In this document: piece by piece, positions 35,634 through 49,445 of the stretch
Layout of the letters: the number at the start of each line of letters is the position of its first letter
Position numbering within the stretch: the first letter of the stretch is position 1
Assembly: GCF_902459465.1 (NCBI RefSeq)
Contig: NC_047069.1
Coordinates: 21,390,001 to 21,454,000, forward strand
DNA: 64,000 bases
Origin: Asterias rubens
Lineage: Eukaryota
Reading direction: 5' to 3'
The notes under the pieces: model-generated
What the model was told of the DNA's origin: nothing
Database searches by the model: none
The model's input: the letters and a program-made list of their open reading frames with translations, nothing else
Translations under genes and position numbers: made by a program

Positions 35634-38159
35634 ATTTATTTCATATAATTTGGTATTATTATTAATATTATTATTAATATTATTATTATGAGGTATAAAT
35701 TTCCATTATTCTTCATGAACTAATATTCTGCAAGGTTAATGGGTGAAAGAATTGTCATAATGGTGACGTGATAGGGCGTTTCATATTCACCCAGGAATAA
35801 ATCACTCGACAGTCAACTCTTCCCGGTTGTCCTGAACTTTACTAACAAAACGAGGTAACACAAGAAAGTTCAAACTTACAATTTAAAAACTAAACACGGA
35901 TTGACTTCAAGGGTGTGCAAAACTTGGTAAAGTTGAAAAGAAGTTACAATATCCCGATTATTATTATATATAAAAAAACATTACTTACTAAATACATAAA
36001 TAAATATAGATCCACAGATTTGCAAATATTATTGCACAAAGGTTTATGGTTGAAAAGTTTTCTTTGAAATGTTTTGCCGAAACCGAATGTGTTATGTTAA
36101 TTAGTGAAACGTTAATTTCATCTCGCGAGACTGACATAAATATATCCTTGTGTGTTTACTCATTATTATTATTTTAATTAGTTAATTATTTATTAATTTC
36201 CTCATTGATTTGTTTGTTATTCTTAATTTTCACTGAAACATGTGCGTTTAATAACTACAATAATGTATGTTGATTGAATTGTGTGTTAATTCACATGTCC
36301 TACCTAAACACAAGTGTTTTTGATTGACAAAATAGAAATTCACCGATGGGTGAGAACAATGATAAACATAAGAAGCCGATTCTGTGCAAAATTAAAACAT
36401 TACTATGCTGTGTCTACTAAGCAACAGTTTACAGTGCCAAGCAAATATATTTTGTGAAGGGTTTAAAGTCAATAAATTAGCATCAAATTACTTTAATTGA
36501 TGTTGTATTATTCATAAGTATATTATTAATAATCAATAATGGCACTGCAAAACTAATTGAGTGTGAATGAAGTAGTTCTTAAAACCCGCTTGTCTATACA
36601 GCACCTCCAATCTCGCTCTACATCTATATTTATACCACCTGCGTTTATCTCTTTATTTATAAGGGATGATATAATCACAGGGTTATTTACAGCCCCATCG
36701 TGTATTATTATTGATTCTGAAAAGGCCAAACAAATATTCAGCATTCTTACGAGTAGGTTACCGCGCCGAGCCCAAGAAGCAACACGAAGAAGACATCTGA
36801 TGCAATGTGGCCACTGGCCAGGCTTCCTTGTCGTTCGGCCTTGTCGAGACTATAACTAATCGATTTCTAGAACGAAGCTAGAGAGAGAGGAGACCTCACC
36901 AATCTACCTGCCGTGTATCATTCAATCGCCCTTGGCACAATTGCTTAGGTTATCTCGTTTGATGATCTGACATTTCCATGATGTTTAGCTGATAATGCGC
37001 GGCGCCAGAATGGCGCTTTACATTACCTACTTATAATGAACGGTTCCTTCCAACACAGGTATATTTCTTTTACACATTATTATTGCCACTCATCAATTAG
37101 ATTTTTTTTAAATCCATGAAAAAAATATATTCGTAGATTTTGTTATGCACTTACTATTGATATCAGTGCAAGTGGTATTGCAGCGTACATGGACGTTGAT
37201 CACCAAGCAATACACCGTAACATAAACACTCCACGGAATAGCAAAAACCAAACACCACCCGTTCAACTGCTGCTTTCAAATTGCACCAAGCTAACGTTGG
37301 CTGCAAGGACACTCAACAGTTTTCTATAGCGATTTACCATTATATTACTACTGTGAGAGTAGTTCATGACAGGGAACTGCTTATCGTTGCCAAATTATAA
37401 CGGATTCTATGAAATAGATGAACATATTAACCATAAATAATAATATGTGACGCTTACGTTAATTTCATAATTCAATTGCTACACATAAAGGACAGGATCT
37501 TAACCAGTTCTCCCGTTAGATCCGGATACACTACACAGCACACAATCAAATCATCTACCTCGGTCAGCCCTGACAATGAACACAAACAGATCTGAAATAA
37601 CATTATCGTATCTACAATGATACAGAGCTACACACAAGAGAATATAAGGCACAATTGGGCTGGATATTCAACGGAGTGCTTTCCATGGATATTGTTCCGT
37701 ATGTCTGGTGTATAATTTATCGGTAGGTCTCAGTTTAGGAGTGTAGATCTAGAAACTAATTAAGGACCACAAAGCCATGACAACCCATTTCGAATCACAG
37801 GTTTGCTGAATCGTGTGTTTATTCTTATTCTTATTCTTTATTTGGTCATTAAACAATTACAAATACAAGCAGACAGTATGTCAAATAGATAATATAAGTA
37901 CATGTATAAAAGTAGATACAAAGCAAGATAAACAGTAAGGGCACAGGAAATAATAAAACAACCCTAATGTGATGGCCAGGATCAACAAAAGTATAATTAA
38001 ACACTGTAGCTCGAAAGCCTGTTAATCCAGTCACATAGGGAAGTAAAACACACTATATAAAAGCGTGGGTGTGACTGCACTTAAGAAATACAAATAATAC
38101 AAATATAAATTGTGGATTACGTGTATACGTGTCGAAGATACATTTACGCCCGTACAACT

Positions 38160-38830
38160 CCATAATGTAGCCCGAGCCAGAATAAACATGTAGCCTAAAT
38201 TTCAGAAGTGCTTACACTTACGAAAAGGGAAATGTAGGAATGGGCTACATTTTTTTGATTGCTATTGGGCAATACGATTAGGGCTACAGGTAGGTCGCAA
38301 GCGACATTTATGTGACAGAATATTTTAAGTTTGAAACTACAAATACAATAGGGCTGGGCTTAATTTAGGTACCAATGTTGGGTTAAATCAAGGTCCGGAA
38401 ATACATTTAGGTCCCAGACTAGCTAGGTCTCAAACTACAAAGAGGGCCATACATCAATGAGGTACACCTTTGCGGCTAGGTCTCAGTTTCTGTAAACAGG
38501 TGTCAAAGTACTATAATAAAGGTAATGCTACAGGAAGGTACACGACTGTGGCTTCTTGTAGTCTCCGCCGGTTTAGGTGTTAAATTTCATTAAGGTCAGA
38601 CGACAAGGATACCATACTTGGGCTATATTAAGGCCAGTCCATGTCTTAAACTTCAATAAGGGCCAGGCTGCAATAATGTACAATGTCCCTGACTAGGCTT
38701 CATTCAGGTTTCAGCCACTGCAGGTTTAAAACTAATGGCCAGGCTACAGTTAGGTACCAAACTGGGGGTTTATTTATGCATTTTCAGGTCTTAAACATCA
38801 ACAAGGACCGGGCTACATGTAAGTAAGATG
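38160..38830. repeat. Highly degenerate tandem-like repeat related to the 41-bp minisatellite core
   Basis: Recurrent GGGCTACA(T/G)TTAGGTAC(C)AA-like and GGTCTTAAAC..CAA.AAGGGCC motifs, e.g. GGGCTTAATTTAGGTACCAATGTTGGGTT and AGGCTACAGTTAGGTACCAA. Confidence 0.55.
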
Positions 38831-39330
38831 CCTATATGTAGACTTTTGTTCTGGATTAAGAAGTTATCTTTGTTGTGATGATCACTCATTCAATTTCATA
38901 TCTTGTTGCTGCATGTGATTTACAACCATAGAACAATTACGACTTGAAACACAGGGGGTTGGTCCATTTCGGTATTAATAGACCGCGACAGAGACAAAAC
39001 TAATGACTGTAATTAGGAACTCAAGGACTTTCAAGACCTGACATTTGGCGCCAGGGATAAACACTTTGTATGCGGTATTATTACAAAAAATAAATTTATA
39101 AGAATTTAACTCAATGAGAAACGTATCAAGCGATACGTGATTCCTTCGTGTACATAATAAATCGACTCCTAACTCGATACAACGTTCCATGCGAACCAAT
39201 CATGAATAAGAAGACATTTAGAATAATCGATCAACACTTACGTTTCAACACAAATCTGGAAGATTATTTTAATTTTGTTAATTTTTTTTTTATGCTTTTT
39301 TTAAAAACGACCCCTAACAGGATTTTGTGG

Positions 39331-39560
39331 TTAAAGGCAGTGTTTTGTGCTTTCAGATGCTTGATTTCGAGACCTCAACTTCTAATTCTAAGGTCTCGAA
39401 CTCAAGTTCATGGAAAATTGAACGAAAACTATGGCACTTCAGAGGGAGCCGTTTCTCACAATGTTTTATACTACCAACCTCTCCCCATTACTCCTTACCA
39501 AGTAAGGTTTTATGCTAATAATTATTTTGAGTATTTACCGATAGTGTACACTGCCTTTAA
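39331..39560. mobile_element. Family-A MITE with internal deletion
   Basis: TTAA|AGGCAGTG joined to the family-A interior, ending GTGTACACTGCCT|TTAA. Confidence 0.8.
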
Positions 39561-41115
39561 ACTTGTAGGCCTATTATACAAATCACTCATATGATGTATT
39601 ATAGTTTTAGCTTTTTTCCTTCTCCTTTCATATGTCATTTTCTTCTTAATTTATTGTTGTCTCTTTAGACTAGTAATATACTTGCGAATATGGCAATGTA
39701 GTCCTTAAAGTATAGACTAATAACATGATTATCGTAACAACTTTTAGGCCTACTAGTCAAATCGAAAGCTGTTTCCTTTATATAACAAAATTCTTAAAAA
39801 GTGTGTTGATAAAATAAAGGACAAGTTGACTACCCTCACACAAATGAACAGTATACGTATTTGACTAATTACCTACGTCATTTGTGGTTTCAAATGAGTA
39901 CATGAGATCAGGTCTACATGGCAACACAAACCATTACAATTAGTTTAAATGTGTACCTCGTCATAGAAACCATACGATGTTTTAAGTACATTGACCTACC
40001 GGCATATAGATGTAGTTATTGACATGTATAACACCCAGCGACATCGATCCCAAGGTCTTGTAACAATGCTCCGACACCTAACTCTCTATCCCTCACTCAG
40101 TATCGCATTGAACGCTAACAATGTAAGCATCATATGCAATGTCATCCTACAACAGTCAATGCCATAGATAGCTTCAGAGTTCAACAGCTATATCCTGTGT
40201 TATGGTTCAACTGTATTGCGAATGATAGACATACTTTCAAATCAGGTCATAAAACAATGTAGCATTTTAGACCCAAAGTATTGCAATGATCAACAGGCGT
40301 ATAATACATAGGTACAATCAAGCCTTTTTTTCTCCCTTTTTTTTGGGGGGGGGGGGGGGTGGGGGAAGGGGAGCTAGGATGGAAACATATTTAATCCTTT
40401 CTTCTTCTTCTTCTTCTTTGGGGGGAAGGGCTAGAAAGAAACAAAAATTATATGGTTGGAAAAATGTTTAAAAGTGGGATACAAATATTCACACACAATT
40501 TTGTGTGGTTTTCTTTGTGGTAATTTATGTTGGTTCAACCAAAAACTATCACTTGTAACAGCATCATGTCAAACGGAAAATAATAATTGAATTTTTCATA
40601 GTTTCTGATTTGGGGCGGGGCCAACAGCCGGAACCTGAGCCTGAAAGCTAATGTTTTGAAGAAGTCCAAGACACATGAAACCCGTGTTATCAATCCAAAC
40701 TCAACCCAGTATAACCCCCTCAATTAAAACATTCTTCATTTGAAACTCTACTCCAAACAGATGCCTCTTGTTTCAGTTGCAAACTATATGCCTCCCATGT
40801 ATACGGTTGGTTTGACTGGACCAGTCATGAACACGGTGAAATTCCAGCATAATGTCCAAACGAAATGTCGGATAATGCAATAAATCAATCACTATGTTAT
40901 AATAAATCTTGCCCATGATCGAGTTGTTGTTATCACACGACTGGTCAGCTCAGGGGCCAGCTACGGGGTCAGCCTATTGACCAGTCTAAGGGGTCAAGAA
41001 ACCGACCTACATTCCGTTCACATCTTTACTTATTTATTTGTTTGTTTGATTGTTTGTTTGTTTGTTTATTTTATGGACTACAATTGTTGTCGTTCGTTGT
41101 TCATTTGTTTATTTA

Positions 41116-41501
41116 TTAAAGCCATTGGACCCTTTCGGTACAAAAAAAAAAAAAAAAAAAAAGTTCACAGATTTACAATTAACTTACAGGGTTTACAGAA
41201 GGTAGTGGTGAAAGACTTCTCTTGAAATATTACTCCATGAAATGCTTTTATACTTTTTAAGAAAACAGTAAAACAATATCAATTCTCGATAGCGAGCATT
41301 ACAGATTTATTTTAAACACACGTCATGCCACGGCGAAACGCGCGGAAACAAGAGTGGGTTTTCCCGTTATTTTCTCCCGACTCCGATGACCGATTGAGCC
41401 TAACTTTTCACATGTTTGTTATTTTTTTGATATAGAAGTTGTGGTACACGAATTGTGGGCTTTGGACAATACTGTTTACCGAAAGGGTCCAATGGCTTTA
41501 A
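41116..41501. mobile_element. Kolobok-type element, family C, perfect 21-bp terminal inverted repeats
   Basis: TTAA|AGCCATTGGACCCTTTCGGTA...TACCGAAAGGGTCCAATGGCT|TTAA. Confidence 0.85.
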
Positions 41502-44500
41502 TATAGAAATAGATTACGGAGTTTGGAGCGAACTGATAATGAGTCAGATTGTTCAAAAACATTGATCTGGTTTAATGTGTACAATCTGACTCAGCTCCTG
41601 ACCAGGAATTTACTGGATTTCTTGTTTAGTGGTGCCCGTAAATAAAAATCAATGGAACAGGTTAGTGCTAATGTAATAGACCATTTCCATGAAATATGTA
41701 AATTTGTCTTATAAGGGTGTGCGCACTAACACTATATATATATGCTGGTGGGCCAAATGAACCAACATCGCTATGGGGTTGACGTGGTGTGATACTACGC
41801 AATAGTGAGTCTGCCTATATCATGTTTATTGAAAGGCAGAGTCATATACAAACTGTGCATCTCTAGCATGCTTAGTTCAGTACTTAATTTAAACACATAC
41901 CAGCATAATTTATTTCAAACCATAATTCGACATTAAATTTCTTGACTAGTTAATTAATTTTGTGGTGTAGCGGTAGCCCAACAACCCCACCAATCATTGG
42001 TGTACGCACAGACGCGTGAATTTATTACATCGGAAGGGCTAATTATAAAAGGCAAAGTTTACCGTTGGCCGTCCTCCATTTTAAATTAAATATTGATAAA
42101 TTTGTTTTAAACAGTGTTTCGTACTTGATTTATACTTCAAGTCGTTAACATTATCAATATCATAGAATTTGCCAAGAAAAACCTGCTAAAAATGAGAATC
42201 CATGACCAAACTTCACCCACATTTAAGGAAATTTCATATGACAGTAACATATTTCCCATCTCCGTTGTAACAATTATTCACATTACGTTTTCTGCTTCGT
42301 CTTGTCTCTACGTTTATAGTTTGACTGTCTAAAGGCTGACTTCTATAAAGACACTGGACACCTGGTGTATCTCAACATAATAAGCACAAAATAACAAACC
42401 TGTGCAAAGTTCAACGTCGGTGATTTTGGTATGATAACACGGTGTGTTTTTAAACTTCATGTGTTTTGTATGGGCCTTGTGTGATGTATAAATGGTGTAC
42501 TAACACTGGCCAATAAAAACAGATAGCTAATGACGGCAGCCATTGCTCAACGCAGGCATTATAATGGCCTGGTGCCCGAGTTGGTTGGAACACATGATCA
42601 CCATCAGGGATCCGACCATCTACATGAACAGGTGCTGATGGTTCGTTTGAATAAAACAAAGAGAGAGAGGAAAACAAAACACTAGAAATTATATCAATGA
42701 TACAGTATTTATCGCAGACTAGTTTCCGTAATGAATTTACCAGGTGAGCAAGTTTTAAAGATTAAAGACAACACGTATGTACGTTTTCAAAATACGTCGA
42801 TGGCGTTTCTTGAGCAGTTTCAATACTTACTTTATTTAAGCGTATCTTCATTTATTCTAGAAAACCATGAGAGAATTTTGAAATAATAAGTTATCTCTAA
42901 AACTGACGCACCTTTCAGTTCTTGTGATCAAAACGTCATAATGTCTGAAAGTGTTTGATTTCAAGTGTCTGTATCTCAACTGCAGATGCTTTCAAGCAAT
43001 GTCTGCCAACAAATCAGATGTATTACCAATCAGATTATGATGTTTATGCAAAAAGTACATCTCAACTTCGTAAAGTGCAGCTTTCCCCTACATAAAAACA
43101 TATCGCGCAATCAGAACGTGTGCCATCAAAATGCATGACCCAATTGTGAAAGATGTTGCTGTGCAGTGATGGGTGAGATCGGTAGTCCTGCTTCCTTTGC
43201 CTTCAATGGAATATATCACACATTGGCATTACAGGCCATATTAATTATACACATGACACATAAATGGGAGGAAGGACTTAATTCAAAACTTGAAATATTC
43301 CAAGAGCTTTGTTTTTAAATATCACCGGGAGGCCTACAGAGTCGACAAAACGACAACCTATCAATTAAAATAAATAAAAGCCTAAATCTTACTGTTCTGA
43401 TTGTTGATGTCTGATTCTTGAGGCAGGGGTGATAAGATGGGTCATTCGTATTTTCTTTTAAATTTAACATTTCATAAAGTGGAGATGGGCCTCCGAAGTA
43501 TTTAAACTTAGTAGTGATTAAATTAATGATTTAAACAAATCACAAATTCTGTCAAATACCATCAATAGTCAATGCTAATTTACTTTCAAGCACAATCTAA
43601 CTATGCTCTGCTTCACAGGAGAGCTGCCCGTTCCCGAAAGTGCTCACTAATGGAATAATGCATAATATTAATATATTAATGGAAACAAGACAGCCCACCA
43701 CAAGACACATATAACATGATTGAATAGCTCATCTGAGATAATCGCGTGTAAATCTTTAAGGTAGCCTATTTGACGGAGTAAAGGGTGTGTCACCAATGAG
43801 GTGCAGACCTTCACAAGCGAGGAAGAATAAATCGTAATCCATACATCTGTAAGAGACAGTGATGTGTGGTTTTCAACAGCCATGGTACCTTGTAACAAGA
43901 AGGGAAGTGCTGTCAGACGGGAATAATATAGAGATTGCACTTTTCTAATACGCTGCCTTGATGTCACAGTAATTAATTAGTTACTTTAAGAACATATCTC
44001 ATCCGTACCTATTCTGACAGCAACGAACAATTTATACAACAATACGTGCTTCGTCCTGCGTTATCTGAATATGACATTAGTAGTTAACGGTGCACCAATA
44101 GTTTGTGTTAAGGGGTTGTGGTGGTGTAGGGGTGGGGCCTAACGGGTCCGGGTAACGGTTTGGGTCCAGGGGCCTGCCTCGTGGCCCCGAGGTGGGGTTC
44201 AAAGCGAAGCCCCATGAAATCCAGAAAAGTACAAACACTATTGTAATAGTGTTTGTGCTTAAAAGCACTTCTGATCCAAATTACTTTTACAGATAATATT
44301 TCTATAATACCATACTGTGGTAATACCAACGAATCCCACAAATCAATCGGCTGATCATTAAACTAGGGAGAAAACAAAATTGTGTGTTGAACAACCAAAT
44401 ATATTTCAATTGTTTGAAGGTGCATTATGTTTGTATGCACCGGTGGAGGGTGGTAAGTATAGTGAACGATCGTGATCGCGTACCACTTCCGTGGACACAT

Positions 44501-44512
44501 TAGATCTAGCAA

Positions 44513-44544
<32 letters not shown>

Positions 44545-44680
44545 GGGGGGGGGGGGGGGGGGGCACAGTTTTACTTGAGAATACATGCTGGTAGGAATTA
44601 TTATGCCAGCACGTTTTCAAGTAGAAGGCCATGTTTCATAAACGGTAATTACAAGTCAAGGTTCGGATCAAACGCTACCC

Positions 44681-45067
44681 TTAAAGAAAGTGGACACTAT
44701 TGGTAATTTATTTAAAATAATTATTAGCATAAAACCTATTTTGGTAACGAGTAATGGGGAGCTGTTGATAGTATAAAACACTGTGAGAAACGGCCCCCTC
44801 TGAAGTGACGTAGTTTTCAAGGAAGAAGTAATTTTCCACGAATTTGATTTCGAGACCTCAAGTTTAGAATTTGAGGTTTTGGAATCAAGCATCCGAAAGC
44901 ACACAACTTCATGTGACAAGGGTGTTTTTTCTTTCATAGTTATCTCGCAACTTTGACGACCAATCAAGCTCACATTTTCACAGGTTTGTTATTTTATGGA
45001 TATGTTGAGATACACCAGGTGAGAAGACTGGTTGGTGACAATTACCAATAGTGTCCAGTGTCTTTAA
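44681..45067. mobile_element. Kolobok-type MITE, family A
   Basis: TTAA|AGAAAGTGGACACTATTGGTAAT...CCAATAGTGTCCAGTGTCT|TTAA. Confidence 0.87.
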
Positions 45068-46268
45068 ACGAAATTTATGCAGACTCCAGTCTAAATCATA
45101 TTGAGCCATTCATTCTTACAAACCCGGATCAACGGATGTAAAGTCACATTAAACAGGAATCAAACTATTTGTGTTTAAACAGAAAGAAAAAAACATTGAC
45201 GATTGCGGAAGATGCCGACCCATACACATAATATCTCCTGAGTCCCTGTTACAACGGTGCGTTACAACAGTTGTAGTCAAACGAGATGATTGAATGACTG
45301 TACTGGAAGTTATTCAATGAGATGGTTGTATGTCAGAGGTCACAAATCAATAAAGTGCATTATTATTCACGTGGACAACTGAATTGAGTCAATGATACGG
45401 GTATGTGAACCCTTTAATTCATCTACATTATGACGTAGTGTAGAAGGTAAACTGATCAAACCTACTGAAATATTGAGATATTCGGCAGCTGGGCCCACTT
45501 TAGTAAAAATGCTTCAGCAGAAAATATGTTATCACTTGACAATTGCTGCTAAGCAGAAATGAGCAGGATACCAGACACCAATTGTACTGTACGTGTTCCT
45601 TGCTCTATTATGGTGACACAGTTTTGTTGTGCTTTGCTACTTGTTGTGGAAATATGGTCTGGCCCCATTACATAACAGCCATTAACATTACTGTGTTTTT
45701 AGGAAACACCACATACACCATATTTAGTGACACCACTGGAATGTGTCATTATAATGTTACCCATTATAGTACTAAACGTCTCCAATATTGTGTACTTACT
45801 GTTTGGAGTACTTTGTGCTAGAAGGAAGAATTCAAATTCTTTAAGTTGAGGTATCCCTGAACCATGCATGTATTACGTGAATCTACCACTCAGTACCAAA
45901 CAGTTCACGTTCTGTCGTTCACAACGTAAGTTCTATCACCAGAAAGCCTACCCAGATAAAACTACAGCAGGTCAGTTTTAACCTTTCTCTGTGGTTAACG
46001 ACTGTAGATGGCTCACTGATCAATGTAAACTATCCATTTACCAGCACAAAAACCCACTAGTAAACACTGTGTGGTTCTCTATGCATACACTTACATGGTC
46101 AACATGTGCCGGTATATTCTTGAGTAGCTGTCGAGCTAGTGCAATATTTAGTGTTCATACAGCGTGTCAATCGCAACCTTGGAGGTTGTTGTAGTTGATG
46201 TAAACACCAGCACACTTACTGCCAGTACATATATTCACCCAAGAAAATTAATATGTATCACTATAGAG

Positions 46269-46831
46269 CTAGGACCCGAAATCATCATAAACATCCACGG
46301 GAAATATCACACAATCACCGAGGTTGTCGCTATACCATCCGACTCTGTAATACGAGTGACCGAGCAGTGGTGGTGGTGTACGACGTGTCACACCGTAGAC
46401 TATTGGTACACATGATGTAACGTTCACCTTAGACAGACAGGGATAGTCGCTGATGAGACCCTGTGTTGTAAGAATCATTTCAATTAACTTCTTTGTTGAA
46501 TTGTGAATTGATTGTTTGTGTTCCACGGACCTCGTTGTGTTTGACGTCTCGTGTTCACTTTCTAACTGACAATCTGATTGTGAGCGCTGCCTCAAAACAT
46601 CCCTACCAATCAATCGATGTATGCACGCACCATGCGCAGCTAGGCCTGTGCATGAGCAGTCACCAGGCATGCTGTATACACTGGGCAGGTACGCATCACA
46701 ATGAATGGTAGCTACGAACTGGCTCATGGCATTAGGACACGCGCATAATAGTTCAAACATCAGGGCAATAATAATAGAATAGTTCAAACATCAGGGCAAT
46801 AATAAAAGCAACTTTTTAATAAAATTGCCAT
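46269..46831 (-). pseudogene. Possible intronless secreted Cys-rich protein gene with a disrupted 5' end; family unknown
   Basis: 172-codon stop-free frame with 10 Cys and NxT/S sequons. A signal-like N-terminus MAILLKVAFIIALMFELLCACPNA can be rebuilt only by removing a 31-bp duplication and one A. Confidence 0.35.
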
Positions 46832-47036
46832 TTAAAAGGTTGTTGAAAACAAAAGGCATCCGTAAGAAATTTACAGTAGGACGGTCCATTAAAATGCTCT
46901 TACCAGCCATATAGTACTGTAATTACTGAAAAGCGAACAACAATTAAAATTAATTCAATTAAATTGAATACAAAATAATAGGAAACATTTTTTTTACGGA
47001 ATTTTGCTTGACAATGTTTTTTTTTTTGACGCCTGT

Positions 47037-47175
47037 NNNNNNNNNNNNNNNNNNNNNNNNNNNNNNNNNNNNNNNNNNNNNNNNNNNNNNNNNNNNNNNN
47101 NNNNNNNNNNNNNNNNNNNNNNNNNNNNNNNNNNNNNNNNNNNNNNNNNNNNNNNNNNNNNNNNNNNNNNNNNNN
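47037..47175. other. Assembly gap (139 N)
   Basis: Run of N. Confidence 1.
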
Positions 47176-49124
47176 GTGTGTGTTTGTTGCTTTCAGTTTG
47201 TTTTTAATTTCCTAAGGTTCGAATGCGCCATTATGTGAATACCCCCCCCCCCCACTCTTACAAAGGGGATGGGGGAATTAATTTGCGGTTTGCATTGCCT
47301 TGTTGCCATAATACTATTATGAATTACGTACGTAATATTATTCAAAACGAAGTTATAATAAACAATCGTTAGGAAAATAACCAAACTCAATCAAAACAAT
47401 TTATACTTTTCAGATGGATATATCATCAGTGTTTATAATTGACCGATAAAACACCAAATAGTTTGACACTCAAGGAATGACAGACATATGTTGGCCTTCA
47501 AACTAAACAAAATAAAACAATAATATTAGTTAATGATAATCAAACAACGCTGTTATATTATGGTATTCACCCTTTGATTTTATCCCATCAGGAGTCAGCA
47601 AGGCTATATCAATTGTTGTAATTACAAATGCAATAAGTCTTAACGGGATAATTCAATACTACATTAAGCAACCATTTCAGCAGGTGATGTCCACGTGTGT
47701 GTGTGTTACGCTTCCCGCAGTGACCTGGCATGTCAAAGCTATCAAATAGAATCTAGCAGCCGATCAATTCTGTCAAGTCAAATCATTTATTTGATGCACG
47801 TAATAAAAAACAAGCCTTTTCGTATTCATCAAACGATATAAAAAGACATGTACAGAATATGAACTCAAATTACACAATTCTCAAATAATACAGTCAATAT
47901 ATAAAGTCAGGATTTAAAAAGGTGTGTGTTGTCATGGTAGCACGAGTCGTACTTCTCATGTACGTGACTTCGCCTTCAACTGGGCAATAACAGACCCAAG
48001 TGGTAAGTTTTTGGTAAAAACAAAATTATAACTAGATTCGACATCACATTTTCATAATTTTAGTCTCAATTTTAATATGAACTAACATGAATAATGTGGC
48101 AACAAGTATACAACATATAGTTATCCGTGTATTTTATTTATAAATATTTATTTAATTTAGTTTTTGTTTCTGCTGCTGTTTCTTTTTAACATAAATTTAA
48201 TCGAAATAAGACACCAATGTGAGTGTTACTTCTCTACCATCAGATCAATTATGAAGAAGACTTTGACTCTTATGGAATCAAATGCGGAGTGAAAATAATT
48301 GGACCATTGTTTATAAAACTCACTAAAACAGAACAATATTACATTGTCTTCTGTCATTTACTGAGTGACAAGTTGGAGTGAGAATTATCAATTTATATGA
48401 GGGTGTTTATCGTATAGTTATTAAGTATCATTTCTATGATTTGACGAACAATAATAAAACAACACAAATCATCATCTTACAAACTAGTTATGCCCCAAAA
48501 ATGTTCTCGGAGACAGATGTGATCAGACTTCAATTTTAGTGAAATTTACTGGCAAGGTTATCTTGGTGATTATCGTTCAAAACCCGTAATAAAACGAGAA
48601 ACAAACTACGTTGATGGTGATTTCTTTCCCATTCATTATTACTTTTCTGAAAAAAAATAAAATAAAAATGGAAGTAATAAAGGTAAAATCAATTCCATAT
48701 TATTGTCTTGAGCCTAGCAGCGAGTCGAGTTAGACCTCTTGTATTGCATACAGCCACTTGGTGCTGTTGATAAAAGTTGTTAATCGTGCTCACTGCAGAC
48801 ATTTTAGGATTAACCCCGAGACGAAGAAGGTTTTGTAAAACGCACTGCTATCGGCACTTGGCTTCGTATAATCAAATAATGCTGTCGATTCTGTCCAAAC
48901 TATACTGGCAGAAGGCCTATATGTCGCGGGGAAACAATTTATTCATTTTTAATGGGAAATGAGATGTGGTTTAACAATCATATTAATCAATTTAAACATT
49001 TTTATAACAGTTTGATGTTTCGGGGGGGGGGATCTTAGTATTTCTCATTATTTCTTTTTTTAATGAGGGGGGAGGGGAATTTTAATAATGTCTCCAATTA
49101 CAGGTTTTCATTATTGCGCTGAGC

Positions 49125-49445
49125 CTAATAATAACAACCAATTATTATGTAGAGCATTTCACAATAACCGTATCAATGCGTTTTACATTAGTGCCGTCAT
49201 TGTAGGGCCAAAAACACCATTTTTGTTTTAAATGTTTCTCAGCTCCCTTAGGAGTATACAACATGGGCAACCTTTTATATCGCTCAAAGGGTCTTTTCAA
49301 ACACAATATCAAACTCTACCATCGCAGGTACCCATTTATACCCCTTGGTGAAGAGAAGCAATTATAGTAAAGTATCTTGCTCAAGGACACAAGTGTCACG
49401 ACCGGGATTCGAACCAACACTCCGGTGCCTCAGCACCAGAACTTG
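49125..49445 (-). mobile_element. tRNA-derived SINE (second family), A box missing, just downstream of the TKFC stop codon
   Basis: B box GGTTCGAATCCC, CORE-like GTGTCCTTGAGCAAGATACTT...CCAAGGGGTATAAATGGGTACC, and an L2-like tail ending in TTATTATT. Confidence 0.8.

Noticed and set aside
47004-47238. ORFs spanning the N run
   Set aside because: Artefacts of the assembly gap.
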